This document shows positions 13,969-29,600 of a stretch of DNA of 64,000 nucleotides, one piece after another. The DNA is from Eledone cirrhosa (Eukaryota), in contig OZ024742.1 of assembly GCA_964016885.1 (NCBI GenBank), forward strand, positions 171,864,001 through 171,928,000. Reading direction: 5' to 3'. The first letter of the stretch is position 1; each line of letters opens with the position of its first letter. The translations under genes and the position numbers were made by a program. The notes under the pieces were generated by a model, which made no database searches, was not told the DNA's origin, and saw only the letters and a program-made list of their open reading frames with translations.

Positions 13969-14673
13969 ATTATTTTCAATATTTTCATTTTCATTCCAGC
14001 CTTTCTTTGTCTTATTATTCCCTTCTGTTGCTGTTGCTGTGTTTGTGATTCTTCTTCATCGCTACTGACAGCAACATCACCATCATCGTCATTTTCTCTC
14101 GAACATTCTTTTGTTGCTGTTGTTCTTCATCACCGCCAACACCATCAACCCTACCATCAACATTATCATTTTCTCTTGAGCTTTTCTCTTTTGTCTCGTT
14201 GCTATGTCACTCCTGTTGTTGCTAACAGAGTTTGTTCAAAATGTTTGGAAAAGAAATCTCCGACATTGGATTGCATGACTGTAAATCTTGATAAAACTTT
14301 CATGGTAATCCTCACTGGGATGTGGACAGACAGACAGACATATCACGCAAGCGGCACTTGGTTCTTACAGTGAATCATATAACAAACAGCACAAATGTAT
14401 TCTAATTCAGATTTCTGCTCGTGTGCCATTTGACCGAGACTATTTATATAAGATCGAAGTCTGCAACAATCATCTGATTTCATTTATTTATTATTTGCTT
14501 CTTTATTCTTGGGTAATTTATTCTTAGAAAAGTTAGTTACTATTTCACATATATTTTACTAAAGGTAAAATGAGTTCAATTTCGCCGACATAGTGTCAAA
14601 CCGGGGAAAAACAAATTATACATATATATTGATATATATATGTATATATATATGTCAATATATATATACATAT

Positions 14674-14748
<75 letters not shown>

Positions 14749-14818
14749 TGGCTTCTACAGGACTAGAACTGTTTCATTCGGGATAAATCATCACATATAC
14801 ACACATATATATATATAG

Positions 14819-14890
<72 letters not shown>

Positions 14891-17350
14891 AATACAGATA
14901 GATAGAAATGCACAATCTCTTGTCCATTCAATTCTTGTTGTACATTTTCAGAATATGTGTTTCCTTTGGTCGAAAGATTACGGCAAATTCTCCTTTTTAT
15001 TCTTTGTTTCATTTCTCCTGCATCACACGAATAGTGCAGAATCAAATTTATTATGCAAACTGGCATGTCAAATGCAGTAACTCCTTAAAACACGAAACTG
15101 CACTTCCAGCAAGGCCGCTGACGAGGTAACGATGTATTTGTACGTTGGTGTTATGTAACTGTGTGTATGTGCTGCTGTTACCATGTATTAATGAAAGGAA
15201 ATTTCAAGGTTATCAACCGGTAGTGAATTTCTTAAACAAGTTGAAGTTACGTTGTGTTAAGTACGGTATTTTTAACTTTTATAGAGGCATTTTGATTTCA
15301 AGCCTGATTCTAATACTACGTGAGGTGTAATTTCTCTTCGCTGACATAATAACAATAATGGACAGGCGTATAGATAATGTGTTATCATATATATGTTTAT
15401 GCGTGTGTGCATTTTTATGTGCAAATGTTTAAAAAAAAAAATCACTAAAACCATGAAATTATTCTGGATATTTCACTCTAACTGGTATTATTTCTCTGCT
15501 TATATAAAACCCTTGTGGTTAATAAAGAAAGCATTATTTCTCTGCTTATATGGATGAGTCAATCAAAAGTTAGTATTTACATATTCTTTTGTATTATTAG
15601 AGAACATCGAGTGTATAGGTTACATTAGATAACCTATTATACCTCAGATTTTCGTCTCTACATTTTGGTTTAAATTAAATTTCTCCCGTAAAACTATTTC
15701 ATAATTTCTATTTAAAAAGAAAGGAGCTGATCATCAGATAGAACCAAATAAACAATATTTTAATTGAGTTTTCCTTGTTGATACTCTCGGTTGGTCGCGT
15801 CTCCTGGAAGCTGTGGACGTGATTTGAACTCTCATATCGCAAAGAAGTGTAACAAACACCACAAATAGTCTCTTCACAATCTTAACCAATTTCATCAATC
15901 CATTGCTACCTAGATTTGAAATCTAATGACCCCGGAAAGAAAAGAGTCTATGTTGACATTTGCATGTTTTGAACCCTGGGCGCAGCATGTCGGAACAAAT
16001 ACCAAGACATTTAATTCGACTGTCCTTTCACATCTTCTGTTAACGAGCGACATATTGAATAAAAGAATGATATCGTCTCCTATATTCAATTAACCTGTCA
16101 TGCCTCTATCTTTTATAACCACCTTCAATCTCTATCCATTCGTATCCTCGTTTACTTATCTCTGCATTATTTCGTTTCTTATTAACGTTTGCTTCTTTTA
16201 ATGTTTCTTCTATATTACCTTATATATATTCTCTTCTCACTTTTTCTTTTCTCCCCCATTTCTTCTTAACCTTCATTCCTTCCTATTCTCTCTCCTTCTT
16301 AGCAATGCCTTAATTCACCCTTGTCATTGCAGATGAATATAAATGACGTTTGTGATCCCAATATAATGTTAATGATTTATCGTGTCAAAAGAAAACTCCA
16401 GAGGAACCGATATTTCTTTTATGGATTTTAGTCTCAAAGAATTTCGATACTCCAAGCTGGATTATTAATAAGAAGATCTTTAATACACCGTTAAAGTATT
16501 TTCTAACTCAACATATTCTATTCAACTTTTATTATAACCCGATGGCAACATGAATCATAGTACAGAAATCATAGTATGGAATATCATTTGAATTTATTTT
16601 TCTTGTGTGTTTTTTACATAGTATTTCAGCCTTAGAAGGGATGTGAATTGATTGAAGTGTTGGGTTAAATAAATTTCAGGGTTATGATTTAGAATATATC
16701 TTATATCGATTTATTTGTGTTTGATTCTCTAGGAGGTTAATAATCTATTGATACTCATATGGAAGTAGATATCAATTAAATTGAATCTCTACATTTCTCT
16801 CGCCCGTATAACTTTAAAAATCAATTAAATTGACATTACCATACACTCCACTGTATAAGGTGAGCTATACACACTCCTTTACAGAAGAATTGGGCCATGT
16901 ACTAAATCAAAGGAAATCTATCTATCGACTAGTTAACAGCTACACCGACACACACATATTTTGGTGCGCATTCTTCATAATAATAATAATAATAATAACA
17001 ATAAATAATGATAATAATAATACTTATTATATATATATATATAAGCACATATATATTGATACATTACCCGAAATGGCTGACTGAACAATACGTGCTTTTT
17101 TAAAATAAATTGTTTTGCTGTTCCTTTCTTTTCTCACTCTCTATCTTTATATTTCAACTTTTTGATTCTCATTCTGTCTTCTGATGAAGAGTAAGTGACG
17201 AAATTGAACATTCTCTTTTCCTACTATATCAATATATATATTTCTTCACTGTACTGTATTGTTTGCTTTGTTATTTCTGTTACTTTTTGAACACACACAT
17301 ACATATATATATATATATACACGCAGATATACACATATATATATGTGCAT

Positions 17351-17719
<369 letters not shown>

Positions 17720-20422
17720 CATATTTGTGTATATATATGTTGATATGTATGCGAGTGTGTGCATTAATGTGTGCGTGTATAAAATGTACTTTTAATTAAC
17801 GTTATCTGATGAGACTGGTGTTTCTGACTAGCGGCAATCACCTTATTATTAAAAGTGAGGATAGTTAAACATGAGACAAGTTGTACGTCCAATATTAACA
17901 ATTTTCATTTCTTGTCATTAAGCGTAACTTATATTTTTTCATGGTTTGCTTGAAACAATCTTTTCTACGACTGATCAATATTCTAACATATAGGTCAGCT
18001 GATCTTTTTTTTTATATTTATCTTAGTTTTTGCATTGTATATTTTTGTTTCTACCCAGAACAAAATTCAAATAAAGATAAATGACAAATGTTTCTATATT
18101 GGTGCTACAACATGTGTTTATTGTCTTTATAGCTTGTCAGTTTCCTAATTATCGCATTCTTGTCCGACAAGTATAGGAAGAAAACGAACTAACTAATGGG
18201 AGAAAGATAAAGAATGTTTTAGATACTCGTAGTGTACAGGCGATGAAATGGAAAAGTTGTTAGTGCACCGGAGTAACTAGCTATTTGTTCCGTGTCTATG
18301 ATCTTTACCTTGAAATAACATTTTTGTGAACTTTACCTCTCATTACTTCAAGGTTGATAAATAAAGTACAATTCCAGGAACGATTGAATTGCTAAACGGT
18401 GTGAGTGATTTACCGTTACCAAAATGGCTCTTCGCTTTCTGACTTCAAACCCTACTGAGGTTAACTTTGGCGTTTATCCGTTCAAGGTTGATTATGTAGC
18501 ATTCAATGATGTGGTAGTTTGGTGAAATTGGAATCGGAGGGGATGTTTCACAGTATGTGAGCTGGCTTTGATATTTTTAGTAGGTATTTGGCTTTTAGCA
18601 AGGATGAAAGCAGATATTAAAAGCTAGACATGTCACAACATTTACTGGGGACATTACGCTTGGTTTGTGATATATATATATCGTCTAACCCACCCTGAGA
18701 ATAACCTTTGGAATACTAGATCCTCTAACCATGCCCATTTTACCGCGAGCTGAAGGGAATGATTTACCCTATCTTCTGGTGTTTTGCAAAATACATGGAA
18801 AACAATGTAATATGAATCGGGAGTTATCCTTAACAGGCAATTGATTTAATCCTGAACTCAGAGAGAAGAGAACCGCAACGGATGCCGCAAAGTATTTTGC
18901 CCGACGTTATGACGACTACTAATTCGCTGCCACAAGTTGGTGTAACGGCGATGATAGGGGTAAATTGACCATGTTTTCTTTAGGCATCGGCAACTTCTGG
19001 TGATAATACCAACACATTACCGGTTTATCGAGTATTACTAAAAGATATGTTCTTACTTCAAATATGGTCAGAGTCGATCAAAATATATAACAATCTTGAA
19101 TAACTGCGGATTGATTTATCGATTCTAATACTCCCGCCCAAATTGCAGGCATTTTGTTTAAATACCAATATTTCTAAAGGCATAATAGCTTGAGAAATTT
19201 ACAGAAATTGTTATTGTTTATTTCTACAATAAATATAGCAGCGGTGTATTTAACATAAACACTTTATATTATTGGTTGAGGTATTTAGTCAAAAAGGTGA
19301 ATGAATTTTGACTTCTACCGTTGCCTGTGGCAATAGATATTTTAATTGTAGATACTCGCATCTTAAAAGAAAACATACTATGTACTAAAGATATGTGGTT
19401 ACAATTTCTAAGGGAATAATAGCTGGATAGATTTTACGAGCAGGAGATCAGGGAGTAGACCCCGAGCAAGAAGGTGTGAATATTATCCATTTTGTCGGAT
19501 GGTCACGATTGCTTTTGAAAGCATTCTCTGGAAGGCATAGCTGTAATCTGTGACCTGATGGCACTCTCGCATTTAAGGAATAAGAAAATAGAAAGAAGAA
19601 ACAGGTATGTGGAGAGATGGAACTTCTGGATACCTCGCTAATTCAACATCCCTCATAAAGTATATACATTGGTGTAGTGATGTCTTGAAATGATGATTTA
19701 ATTCTAACGAAACATTTGTTAATAAAACATAATTATTCGACATATCTACGGATTTACCTGGTCTATTTACAGCTAAGTTAACTGAATATTGACTCGAATT
19801 GACACATGTAGTATTATGAAACTCTATTAGATATTTCGGTCAGATGTTAAACTCTCTGACATTTCTGCTTCGGGTTTGCCTGAAGAGCAACCTCTGCATA
19901 GATGTAGAGAAATATAAGTGAGTGAAAATGCCTGCCACAGCTTTTGCATTTGGCAGCACTTTCTGTACATATTGCCATAGCAATTATTCCCCGCCGAATG
20001 TTCTTTTTTTTTTTCGAAGATAATAAATACATAGCAGTCTTGTACTACTTAATAAATACTAGATTCGATAGAAATAAAAAAAATATTCCACATTGGAGCT
20101 TAGTTTACTATAACAGCAACGATGTAGTTGTTTCCTTATTTAATTTATTATTTTCCTTTCCTGTCAGGTTAACGAAATACCTTCCCACTACGTTATAGTC
20201 CAAGGACAAAGTATTTTTAAGCGAACAGGTTATAAATGAAAAACGATTCTACATATTCATGAAGAATCTCAGAAGACGCAGTGAAGTAGTTTGGTGTGGG
20301 AGATGGATGTCTACAGCCATTGGCACATATCAACAGAAGTACTAAAGCAATTAACTACTCAATATAAACGGAATGTTTATATAGTCTAAGACAGACTCAC
20401 ACGCACACTGGCACGAATAAAC

Positions 20423-20488
<66 letters not shown>

Positions 20489-20605
20489 CATATACATACA
20501 TATATATATACATATATATAGATACATACACATATATATATATATATATATATACATACATATACATACATATATATATATAAATATATATATATACATA
20601 TATAT

Positions 20606-20650
<45 letters not shown>

Positions 20651-20748
20651 GATAGATATAAATAGAGAGAGACAGAGAGAGGTACAGATGGTCATTCACA
20701 CTCACCAAAGACAATCTAACAAGCATAGACAGGCATATACCTCCCCAC

Positions 20749-20897
<149 letters not shown>

Positions 20898-21011
20898 TAT
20901 ATATACATATATATATATATATATTCATCCGAAAACATGAAGCCCAAACACACACAGTTATACATGTACGATTACATACTTACAGACATAAACAAATATA
21001 TACACACATGC

Positions 21012-21150
<139 letters not shown>

Positions 21151-21606
21151 TGCGTATCTATAAAAGTAGGCACACATACAAGTGCATGCATGAAAACTTG
21201 TTAAATATAGACTTTAGCAATTACATATAATTATGATAGAAATACTGCAATGTTTGGGATGATGTGACTTCATTCTGAAACCTATATTAAACATTAAGTG
21301 CAAAAATACCCTATCCCCTTCCTCTTATATATATATATATATATATTTATTTATCTGTTTGTGGGAGTATGTATTTGTGAGTATGTAGAAATATATTTAT
21401 ATTCATGTGTGCATGGATGTATATATGTATATGAGTGTGAGTGTGCTTGAAATCTGTTTATAGAACAACGCCTACAGTCCACAGATGTTCGTTGTATAGC
21501 AGGCTTATATTTTACATAACATTTCGCGACAGTACATACTCCTTTCCTAAAATGTATTAGTTAAATGTTTTAACTGATAGGTATGTGTACAAAGTGTCCA
21601 CACACA

Positions 21607-21639
<33 letters not shown>

Positions 21640-22281
21640 ACACACACGCATACACACACTCACACGCGCGCGCTGTCAGACACATTTTCGCAAAAAATAT
21701 ATAATCATCTTCGGCCTAATTTTAAGACTCAACTGAAGCTAATGATGCAAACTTCAAATGTGATACTTGTGAGCATTAATTATTGTTGAGTCGCTGTCTT
21801 TGCATATATGATTTAGGCATTATTATGATGTATGTTTTGTAAGCTCTTAAGCGTTGTACACCAAGTTTTCTATTCCTTACGGGATTGCTTTTGTTGTGTT
21901 GCGGTATGTGTTTTACCCGTTGCGTATGTGTTGCATCATATATTTGATTTAGAGACGTTATATATGTGTTAAACATCTGAGGTATGCATTGAAGCATTTA
22001 TTGTATTGCATTGCGTAATGTGGTGTATCCCTTATGCATCTGTTGTAGTTCTTATGGATTAATATGTAACGGATTCGAAATCATTTTACGATTCATCAAT
22101 ATTTCAAATCTAAAAATGTTTCTCTTTCTGACACATTCAATTATATACCGAACTCCACTTTACATTACGATCCATAGCTGGGGTATCAGAATTACATCAG
22201 TAAGCAAGTCAATATATAAAATGTCTTTCGATTTATTCATACCAATCATCAAAAAATTATAACACACTGTTTGAATATTCA

Positions 22282-22334
<53 letters not shown>

Positions 22335-23529
22335 CTCTCTCTATATATATATATGCAGATGTAAAGGTTTAAGGACCAATATACACACAAGAAAAAATGA
22401 GTTAATGATTAAGTCATGCGGGAATTACATAAACAATATACAAAACCAATATATAACTTCCTTTTTGGCTGCTCCAGGGGCAATATAGTGAACACCAGAT
22501 TATGTTTCCGTTTGCTGTCAGGTTAAATTTCACAAATTATTAATGTACCACCCGTTCATTGACGTTGATATTTTTAACGTCAAAACCACATCTAGAGAAA
22601 CATCTGGAATCCTTGATACCCGAACGGCCTTCATTTTAACTGAGATCAGAATTAAGGTGGTATTCGCAAGAACAAGCTCCTGGATTTGGACAGTTTATTT
22701 TCGCATATCGCCCAGGCTATCCTTTGGAGTAACGGTTCCGAGTAAAGCCGTCACTTGATATTTAAGCATGGGCGTCACGGACGTTGCGTTTTAGTCCTTC
22801 AAGGGACTTGCCTACTGCCAGCAATGTTATATATCGCAGAAAATGTCGTATAACAAGCCTTGCCTGTGTTTGAAAATGTTAAACTAAGGAAAGGCTTTGT
22901 ACGGGGCCAATCGCACTTTTTGAATTTGGGATGGATTTACCCCAAAAGTAGAACTAGTCTACACTATTGGATGTAATTGAAGTCGCAGGTTTTATATCAG
23001 AGTGACCTTCTCCTAGAGATTGTCTTATTGAAGACTAAGAGTTTCTCTCTCGACAAAAGAATCCTACATACATGTGTGAGTGGGTACAAATAGAAGTGAT
23101 CTTTTTTCATAACCACATATTTTTTTCATAACTACATAAATACATTCCAGATACAATAAATTATAAAAAGTGAACATTCAATAAAAAAAATTACAATTAC
23201 TTTTGATTCAGATTTATATAAACAATGAATGTGAAAAATACTCAGGATGCTATTTGTTTTCGTTGAACTAAAATCAATTTTTTAAACAAACAGTTTGACT
23301 TTGGAAGCATATGGACAATTTGACATGTGTGCAAACGAACAGGATTAACTATATGAAAAGCCGCTCATTATAAAGAGTTGAAAGAACTAACTACACACGT
23401 AAAAATATTATTAAATGGTCAAATAGCGAAACAATGGCTCTAATGGATAGTAGTCAACGCATGTGGCCGAAAGATGCAGACTTCACGTACCAGCAAAGGT
23501 CACTGTCAACTTTATCCGATTTTCTCAAC

Positions 23530-24192
23530 TATCATGAGGAAACCGTTGCACACGCATTGGTACACTGTTCGGGCGTAGCCGATCTGTGGGGCTATGTCGA
23601 ACAACTGCTGTCAAGGGTGGGACCGATCCGGTTGACCACCGAGTCTATTGTAATGATCAAGCCGCCTCCCCCCTTCAAAGATGAAGCAGAGGCGGTGTTT
23701 CTGTGCGTAATAGCCATGGCGAAAGAGGTTGTATGGTGGACGCGTCTGAAAGGACTGAGGTCAGGCACCTTTCTCTCTGGCCAACAACTGGTCCGTTTCT
23801 TCCGATATCATTTCGGAAGAAGGATCAGGATGGAGAGAGAGGTGCTCCACCCCAGTCGTTTTTATAAAAGGTGGGTGAAAGTGGCGAGAATGGCCCGTGT
23901 GAATGGGCCTTCTCTTTACATAAGCCTGTAGGTGGAAAAGAGGAAGGAACGAGGGAGCACCCCCTCTCTGTGCTCCTGAGGAAAAGGGTTGCATACTTTT
24001 TTCGGGGGTGTGTGCGACCCCCCAAGGCGCCTCCTCTCTTTTGAGGATTTTGTTATGAATTTTATTTTTTGTTACATTTTATTTTATTTTATATTTTGTT
24101 ATTGCCTCCTCCTTATTGAGGACGCCTTTTTGTGTAAACTCCCCCCTTTGTACTTGTCCCACTTTTGATGCCCTGGTGGCAAATAAAAGAAA
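23530..24192 (+). mobile_element. 5'-truncated LINE (L1/Tx1-like) 3' end: ORF2 C-terminus + 3' UTR
   Basis: EETVAHALVHC..VADLW resembles the C-terminal CCHC-knuckle region. Stop at 23929-23931, then a T-rich UTR ending AATAAAAGAAAC. Possible TATCAT TSD. Confidence 0.7.
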
Positions 24193-24452
24193 CATATCAT
24201 TTACAGTAGTAAATCGCATTAGGACGCACACGTTAGAAATGTCAATTATTTGGTGTATATATATATAGATCTTACCTTACCTTGTGATAAATAATGTTTT
24301 GAACGGCGTGAGTAATAGCTTGGATTGACTTACCTAAAAATCAATGGAAAAAAAGAGTAATAATTAATGTTAATAACAAAAAAAAAATATATAATAAATC
24401 ATATGAAGGAAATAATAGTTAACTTATATAAATAATTATATATATATATGTA

Positions 24453-24486
<34 letters not shown>

Positions 24487-24512
24487 AGTATGTATATATA
24501 TATATATATATA

Positions 24513-24662
24513 GTGGAAATTTATACGAGAACAGAACAGAGAAGCAGACAAATAAAGGATTATTAGGTTCACGCTTTTGAGAGTGTGTGTGTGGGGGGGG
24601 GGGGGCGTTTCGGGCATAAGCCCTTCTTCGGGAGTAAATAGGTTAGGAAGAGAGTTCAGAGG

Positions 24663-24665
<3 letters not shown>
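24513..24665 (-). mobile_element. PLE pLTR-like fragment with degenerate hammerhead
   Basis: - strand CCGAAGA-A-GGGC(TTAT)GCCC-GAAAC at 24631-24606; flanked by (TA)n and (CA)n. Confidence 0.5.
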
Positions 24666-24730
<65 letters not shown>

Positions 24731-24754
24731 ACACACACACAAATATATATATAT

Positions 24755-24797
<43 letters not shown>

Positions 24798-25229
24798 GCA
24801 TTTGCTAGTTGGAATTCGAACAAACAGCGCCATTGTTTACATATATTCACATCTAATGAGGTTACAATAGACATATGCAGCATTACATAATCACACTCTA
24901 ATGACTTTTAAATGTACATACTGTATTTTATGCAAGAGCATAAATAAGTTTAAAATGTAAATCTATCTCCTTGTTTTTAATTAAGTGTATGTAAATAGAC
25001 AGAGTCAGAGAGAGGGAGATGAATGGGAGTGTAAGTATGTCTTTCCGTAACTGTGTTTACGTTTACTGTTTATTTATGACCTGAAAATTACCGCGTCAAA
25101 AAATATCGAAGGCCACAAAAATATTTCAGAAATAAAAAAAAATAAATAACGACTGGAAGACGACATTTAATAATGGGACTGTACCCCAGCGTGACCACAG
25201 TCTGTTGACCAGTAAAAGATTATTAGAAT

Positions 25230-25277
<48 letters not shown>

Positions 25278-25297
25278 TATATATAAAATATATATAT

Positions 25298-25337
<40 letters not shown>

Positions 25338-27139
25338 GAGTGTTTGTGTGTGTTTCTAAGTGTATGCGTATGTGTGTGTATGAGGGCATAAGCATAATCC
25401 CAGACACATTTTCTCTAATTCCAAATTAGTATTAGATTCAAAGATAATTTACTATGTTCTTATAATAATCAATCAACGATGATATATTTATTATTGCTTG
25501 AAGGAAAAACGTGGAATAAAAATTATCTTTTATTTCAATCTCTACTTGATGTTTTCTAGTTTAATAAAATTAACTGACAAGCAGCGTGGAGAAAAAAGAA
25601 ACGAAACATTAAGATAATATTTACAGCAAGACCTTAAAAATCGATACCAATTTCATTTATCTAGTACACTGACATTTAAAAATCAATGACGTTGTTTAGA
25701 AATAAAACAGTTTTATTGTTATCTAATTATAACAGCATTTTTTTCAATTAATGAAAATAATTGCACTCAACTAATGAAATCCATAAATAAGATTTTGGAT
25801 TTTTTTCCCCCTTGAATTTAAGAACCACTTGAGAATCTCATCACGGCATTCTTTCATTCGAATCAATAATGACATCATCAAGATGTAGGTATCATGCAAA
25901 CGAGAGAAAGACTGAAGATTTGAGGGAATTAATAATAAGAATTATAGCAAAGATAAAATAAACATGAATGGAGACTCTCGTCAGATCGGAATAAGGAAAC
26001 TAAGTATCCATTAGTCATTCCGTTATCAAGGAAGCCAGATATGATTTAAGAACGCACGGAACAATCTCAGATACAGCAAAGTATACGGTTTGATTCATTA
26101 ATAATTTCTTCACTCTACCACCACAGGGATAATCATTTATTCATCAATTCTGAAAGGATGAACAGCAACGTTGTTTTCTGCAGGATTTGAAATGAGAGGG
26201 CTATGTCCCATAACAAATACAGAGGTGTTTAATCCACCGATTTAACGACTTTGACTATTTGCTGACTCAAGCGACAACAATGTTGTTGTATACCTATATC
26301 CCATGTCATTATTTGGTCATGTGTAGTTTATATTTTAAATTAGGATAATTAACATATTACAAAAAAAATATATATATATATCCCAAAGAAAAGATTATTC
26401 CAATTTGATTAAATTGAACAGTTGATTTTATAAAGATATTTGAAATATGAAAGCTTAATTATTTCTAGAGTTGTTTAATGTCTTATTCGTATTTGTATGA
26501 CTTTGAAATTTCATTCAGTTGGTAGATATTGAGTTGAAATGAGCCTTTTAACTTTTCGGGTTTGAATAAATAAATCAGGTAACTGCAAATATGGACGAAC
26601 GTAGATACAATTGGCGTCAATGTAAATGAAACATTGAGCAGATACCCAGTCAACTAAGGAGAATGTCTGTACTCGAAAGTCTGAACAGTTATGGTTGGTA
26701 TTGTGTTAAACAACGAAAATACAACAAAAACAGAAATATTACCAAAATGGCCAACGAAAATAGCAATTGAGAACTAAGGGTGTCTACTGTTGGAATTCAT
26801 TTGATGTTAATACTCCCTGATCAGAACTAGTTTTCACTCACAAAACATTCATTAATCTGTTCCTATAGTAAAACACCTAAGTCGAACATGGTGAAATCGA
26901 AACAGAAAGTACATTGTGCCGAAGAGAAACTTTAAACAGAAAGCTATGGTTGTTCATTTGCGTGTCAAGGATGACACGCAAACTCGTGAAGCGTTCCATA
27001 TTTTTAAAACTTAAAAACTTAAAACCACAACTGAATACTAACCCATACAATTACTAATACTCTTTTATTTCTAATTAAACTATTTTTCAACTGTGAACAA
27101 TTTGTCAGCATTTTCTATTCCGTTTACCAATATATATAT

Positions 27140-27409
27140 ATATATAATCAAGGTTTAGCAAATAAGAAAAAGTTTCAAAATAAATTTTAAAAAAATAATC
27201 TTTACTCACTATGGTTACCTTTACCGAATCGGTTTCGAGTCTCAAAAATAAACGGACAGTCCTTACGGCATCCATTGAAAAGATAAACTCTGTCCGTTTA
27301 TTTTTGAGACTCAAAACCGATTCGGTAAAGGTAACAATAGTGAGCAAAGTTAATTTTTTAAAATTTATTTTGAAACTTTTTCTTATTTGCTAAACTTTGA
27401 TTATATATA
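27140..27409. repeat. ~120-bp-arm foldback in (TA)n with a hammerhead 3' half
   Basis: Arms 27140-27259 and 27290-27409. The left arm reads GAAAC-CGATTCG-GTA on the - strand (G>A in the right arm). Confidence 0.85.
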
Positions 27410-27521
27410 TTTGATTATATATGCTCGTTAATTTATTAACCTGCCATTGAACCACATTGGCATATGGTTGGACAATACATGTTTCCCTAAGCGCTTTGTG
27501 CGTGTAGGGATATATATACTT

Positions 27522-27572
<51 letters not shown>

Positions 27573-27691
27573 TAACAGATTCATTTTTTAAGCAAAGAAT
27601 CGCTGCTTTCACCCTTAACGGGATCTTCTGAAACTAAACAAATCAATCTGTTATATATATACATATACACACACACACATATACATACGCG

Positions 27692-27774
<83 letters not shown>

Positions 27775-27919
27775 ACACACACACACACACATATATATAG
27801 CGTCATACTGCCGTAATGCAGACACTCAGACATACAGACAGATATTATAAGGGCGCAATGTTATATCTATGTATCTATCTAAAAAGAAAGACTAAGAATT
27901 ATAGAGAGAGATCGCTAAA

Positions 27920-28099
27920 TCGCCTAATGCGGTCCCTAGGGCATTGAAAATTTGAAATTGCTTTTGCTCAGAACACTCCCTGAAACATAAGTATTACATG
28001 TGTAAAGTTTGAAAACAATCAGTTGGGTGGTTCTCAAGTTTTCGGGTGTCAGACAGACAGACAAACAGACAGACATTCTCTGTTTTAGATAAATAGATG
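27920..28099 (-). mobile_element. 5' fragment of non-autonomous Helitron-like element related to 57250-57896
   Basis: - strand begins ATCTATTTATCTAAAACAGAGAATGTCTGTCTG. Shares AAACTTTACA..TGT, TTTCAGGGAGTGTT and CCCTAGGG..CCGCATTAGG with the 57-kb copy. Confidence 0.65.
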
Positions 28100-29274
28100 A
28101 ATGATGTAAATAAGTGCTAAAAGAGAAAAATGCAAGGTTTCCTGTTAAGAAATGTGAAATATATTGGCAAATGTTATGTTGTAGATCTTTCCTGAAAAAT
28201 GAACAAAGTTCTACTGAATTTCTACATGGAATCGATGTCCAGCGTGCAGAGATTTTCTACATGATCGTTTAGACTGTTGGATATAGCAGCCAAATTTACT
28301 TCAAAATCTTGAAAAAATAGTACACGTTAGAAAATGTAATGTTAGATACGAGCATAAATATAGGATGGTTACGGCTGGAAAGTCATTTGTTATAAGCCTG
28401 CTCATTCACAACTGACTTTTAACACGAAGACATCAAGAACAATGAGTGAAATAACCTTCTTAATGGTGAATATTTTTCCAATGAAAGAAGAACTCTATCA
28501 GTCAATGGATTTAAATAAATCTAGGAAGGAGTGACAGACGGTTTGGAAACAAGAACACATGTTAGTGATAACAATACCACAGCATGATTCAGAATAACGG
28601 AGGATATGTATCTGCGTTTTCAAAGCTGCGTATTCAAAGCTATGATTATATCGCGTGAGTGCATATTTTTACAGGAAACAAGGTTACAGTTTACGTTTTC
28701 TAACAACAATATATTGAAGTATATTAGACAATCAAAAGCCCAGTTACATATAGTGACATCTTGAAAGGCTAGTAGTAATTAGCCCTAATGCAACGTAAAT
28801 GTTAAACCGTCGGATATAATACTTTGCGGTATTCTTGCCGTTTCTTTGCGTTCTTTGCCAACTTTGCCTTTCATAATTTAGCGGTAGATAAAAAATTAGC
28901 AATCTAATACTTGGGTCGCGTCTTCCTGTATCCCCCTACCCCAATCTCTCTCTCTCTCTTCTTCTCTAAAAGAAGTCGGTTGTATTCAGACCTAGAGAAG
29001 TGATAGGCTTCGCGAGGTTTGAAATGCCAAATACACACAGTATGTGATGACGGTGTCCTTATGACTCCATCGGGAGTTACTAGTCCATTCATACATAAGC
29101 ACTGAGATTCAGAAACAAAGAATAGAAAACACTCCACCAATATGTCCTGCAATGGGACTAAACTCGAATGTGCGTGGTTGCTAAACTAACATATTAACCG
29201 TAGAACCATGCCTGAAGACCACTTCCAGCAATGTTTAATCGACTGTGTTCATTACATGAGTTGTAAGCATACTT

Positions 29275-29600
29275 GGACCCGGCTCAGCCGAGCTTCTCCG
29301 CTAGATCGAAACGTCAGCGGCCCATCTAGGTTGGGTGGCTGTTGCAGCGGGTGTCACTGGCCATTGTCTACAGGAATGTTTTTGTGGTCTTGTCCGCGGG
29401 GCACAGCCCTTCTACCCTCAAGCCCCAGGCCCAAGACCGAATCACCCTCCCTTCGCGTTTTTGTTTTATTTCTTTTGATCTTTTTTCTCTATATTTTCCT
29501 ATTCTTTTTTTCGTTTGTTTCCATTTTTTATTGCTGTTATATTGTTGTCGTTATTACGTATATAGTATTGCTTGTACTGTTAATATTTATGTAAATAAAA
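29275..29600 (+). mobile_element. Possible LINE 3' UTR fragment
   Basis: GC-rich block, then a T-rich tract, then AATAAA; same architecture as the 23.9-24.2 kb UTR. No coding support. Confidence 0.35.

Noticed and set aside
16200-16420. Host exon after polypyrimidine tract and TTGCAG (similar acceptor-like sites at 11447 and 40188)
   Set aside because: No supported reading frame or donor site; would need RNA-seq.
17181-17210. CTGATGA...GAAA as a hammerhead (also CTGANGA hits near 5115, 9037, 9965, 15732, 56439)
   Set aside because: No credible stems I/II or no correctly placed GAAA.
23434-23529. N-terminal part of the 165-aa ORF as a gene start
   Set aside because: Probably chance read-in from flanking DNA into a truncated LINE.
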